From: Cetorhinus maximus
Lineage: Eukaryota
Assembly: GCF_964194155.1 (NCBI RefSeq)
Contig: NC_135900.1
Coordinates: 12,710,001 to 12,774,000, forward strand
Length of the DNA stretch: 64,000 bases
Direction: 5' to 3'
The notes under the pieces: generated by a model
The model's database searches: none
What the model was told of the DNA's origin: nothing
What the model saw: the letters and a program-made list of their open reading frames with translations, nothing else
Shown: one piece after another, positions 61,877-64,000 of the stretch
How positions within the stretch are numbered: position 1 is the first letter of the stretch
Layout of the letters: each line of letters begins with the position of its first letter
Made by a program: the position numbers and the translations under genes

Positions 61877-62223
61877 ATTGTATCCAACATAACATCCCAT
61901 ATTGATACAACAGTGGGAAGATGTAACAGAGGTGAAATTGGTCTCGGGTGATAGCGAATCAACAGCCCATTTTGCACCCGCCCAATTCTCTTTCGCATTT
62001 ACACGACACGTGGGAGAAAAGGCAAAATTCTACTTTCTAACTATACCTGGGTTAGGAAAATCTTGGGAGTTGTTCTACCCCATTGGCATTAATTCCCCTG
62101 AAGTGTGTTGGAAATCTTGTTTACACGTGTGATTACATGGGTAAAGTAATGCTGGCAAAGCAGGAACAGTTCTGTGCACTTTTACAGTCGTGCGTGTATA
62201 TGTGTGTGCTTGCAAAATAGCTA

Positions 62224-62366
62224 TCTCTCTCCTTTCCCTCCCCTTTTTCTCTCTCCATTCCCTCCCCCTTTTTCTCTCTCCATTCCCTCCCCCTTTTTCT
62301 CTCTCCATTCCCTCCCCCTTTTTCTCCCTCCAGTCCCTCCCCCTTTTTCTCTCTCCATCCCCTTTT
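62224..62366. repeat. 25-bp polypyrimidine tandem repeat, ~5.5 copies
   Basis: Unit CTCTCTCCATTCCCTCCCCCTTTTT. Confidence 0.92.
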
Positions 62367-63575
62367 CAGAGGGGCCTCAACACATACTGGAGAGAGAGCA
62401 TCAGATTTTGTCTTTAGAAATTCATGAGGTAGTATGAACACAAATTATGGACATGCACTCATGTCCTAGACGTTTGTTCCAATGCTACAGCCCTGTAGCA
62501 CTGATTTATCTGAGCCACTGCTTCCTTCAGCTGTGGGATTAGTGAATTTATCTTGGTTTTAATCTTAGTTTCAGTGATTTGCGGAGGTGGCCATTGCCAC
62601 CATTGGCCTGGAGTGCCCGGAAAGGAGAGTCCCTCTTGAAGCCTCCTGGGAGGCCACGTTTCACTCCTCAGTCTCCCCATCCGGCGACCGGACCGTCCTG
62701 ACATGGACAAATGCTAATGGAGGAGGGAAGAGACCCTTAACTTGCCACTTAAGCGGCTCGATTGGTCACAGGCTGGGTGGCTGATCTGCCAGGTTTCCTG
62801 TTGCTAGCAGAACAGCATGGCAGCAGGAAGACATCTGGCATCTTTCTGTGCCATTTTGTCAGACCTTTTCTCTTCCCAGCTTGTCCCTAAGAAGATTGGT
62901 TAAAATCTAGTCCAATAACACCAGATGTTTGGGTGCCTAAAGAATCAAACCTGCACTTCTCTGGAATATTAGAATGCAGTCTAGAGTTACTTATTTCAAA
63001 TTGTCTGCTAGTTCCATTTCAAGCATTAGATTCCCATTTTACTGCATTATTTAGATTGCTTAATTTGCATTATTGGATATTTCAGAACAACGCTTGGAAT
63101 TAGGGAACTTTACAGTGATGAGGAATCTTAACTGAAATGAATTAAACTGAATAGAGTTTTACAAGAGCTCCAACCACTTTCCCCTGATTATAAAGCAAAT
63201 ATTTACAAAAGGTACAATTCGATAATTAATATTATCAGTTTCTGTCATTTGCACTGACTACTTTTTCTTGGGGGTAAACAACAATGGCATTCCAAGGAGC
63301 ACCTTGGGAAGTTTCATTATGTTAAAGGTGTTTTATGGGGCACTTGACAGCGAGCTACATCAGGCAGATGTTGGGTCAAATGGCCAAAAGCTTGGTCAAA
63401 GAGGTACGTTTTAAGGAGTGCGTGGAAAGCGAGAGGCGTAGGGAAGTATAACATTTTACTAACGTTAGTGCTCCATGTAAATGCACGTCACTGAAAGCAG
63501 TGTTGAAAAATAGAATAGGACTTGATTCTGTTCATTTAACTATTCAGGCCTTGTCACCTACCAGCACTGAGATGC

Positions 63576-63945
63576 AGATTGAGAACTCTGGATATATTTC
63601 TGGAGTTTTCATCCCATGGCCCCCTGCCGCCAACCTTCCCACCCTCCACACTCCCATTGATCACTTGACATTCCACCCTCTTTCCACACTGCTCTCCCAC
63701 CCAATTGGGAAGCAAACAGGAAGTCTCTCTGTCTGTCAAACAGCCTTCCCCACCCCCATCTCCTCGCCATTTTTAGAACTATTACAAGTGTTTAACGAAA
63801 ATGGGAGGGGGGGGGGAGAAAAAGCACAATTTATTTTGTTTAAACCTTTATTTTTCTCCCGGGTTTGTTCACAGCAGTGTCCTGGAGATTTAACCCTTAA
63901 TTCCCCTGGAGACTCCAGGGCAATTCTGGAGGATTGGCCATCTTA
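63576..63945. mobile_element. AGGGTTGCCAAC-TIR MITE, diverged
   Basis: Right end CCTGGAGACTCCAGGGCAATTCTGGAGGATTGGCCATCTT matches 56270-56304. Confidence 0.5.
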
Positions 63946-64000
63946 AGTTCAAATGTTAGTAAACCCTTTCTTGATGTACAGTTTTATAGAATGCTGTCAT

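Larger units (their letters stand above)
11869..64000 (+). other. PPM1H intron 1 (continues beyond the window)
   Basis: GTAAGT donor. No VINAGKS..NEDQA-type exon 2 was found in the ORF track or by eye. Confidence 0.7.

Noticed and set aside
1-64000. Prokaryote-type novel system (operon, defence island, retron)
   Set aside because: There is no gene-dense region, and every RT, endonuclease or transposase motif belongs to a decayed eukaryotic transposable element.

Overview
Eukaryotic, repeat-dense vertebrate DNA. The repeat families (Deu-domain SINEs, CR1, Penelope-like ends) suggest a cartilaginous fish, which is an inference. The only recognisable host gene is the first coding exon of PPM1H (11636-11868, + strand), followed by an intron of more than 52 kb that fills the rest of the window; I found no exon 2. 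Upstream lie a decayed two-gene Harbinger transposon (1-3883) and a ~4.7 kb C-rich low-complexity/minisatellite block ending ~300 bp before the ATG. The intron holds CR1, L2-like, RTE and Penelope-like retroelements, tRNA-derived and Deu-domain SINEs, solo LTRs and MITEs. Notable structures are an inverted Penelope-like terminal-repeat pair with hammerhead-like motifs, an inverted templated insertion inside an RTE, a three-level nested insertion with a resolvable TSD, and a 353-bp higher-order duplication in the minisatellite. Most six-frame ORFs are spurious or TE-derived. I see no convincing new protein-coding system. Repeat boundaries were read by eye and are approximate.
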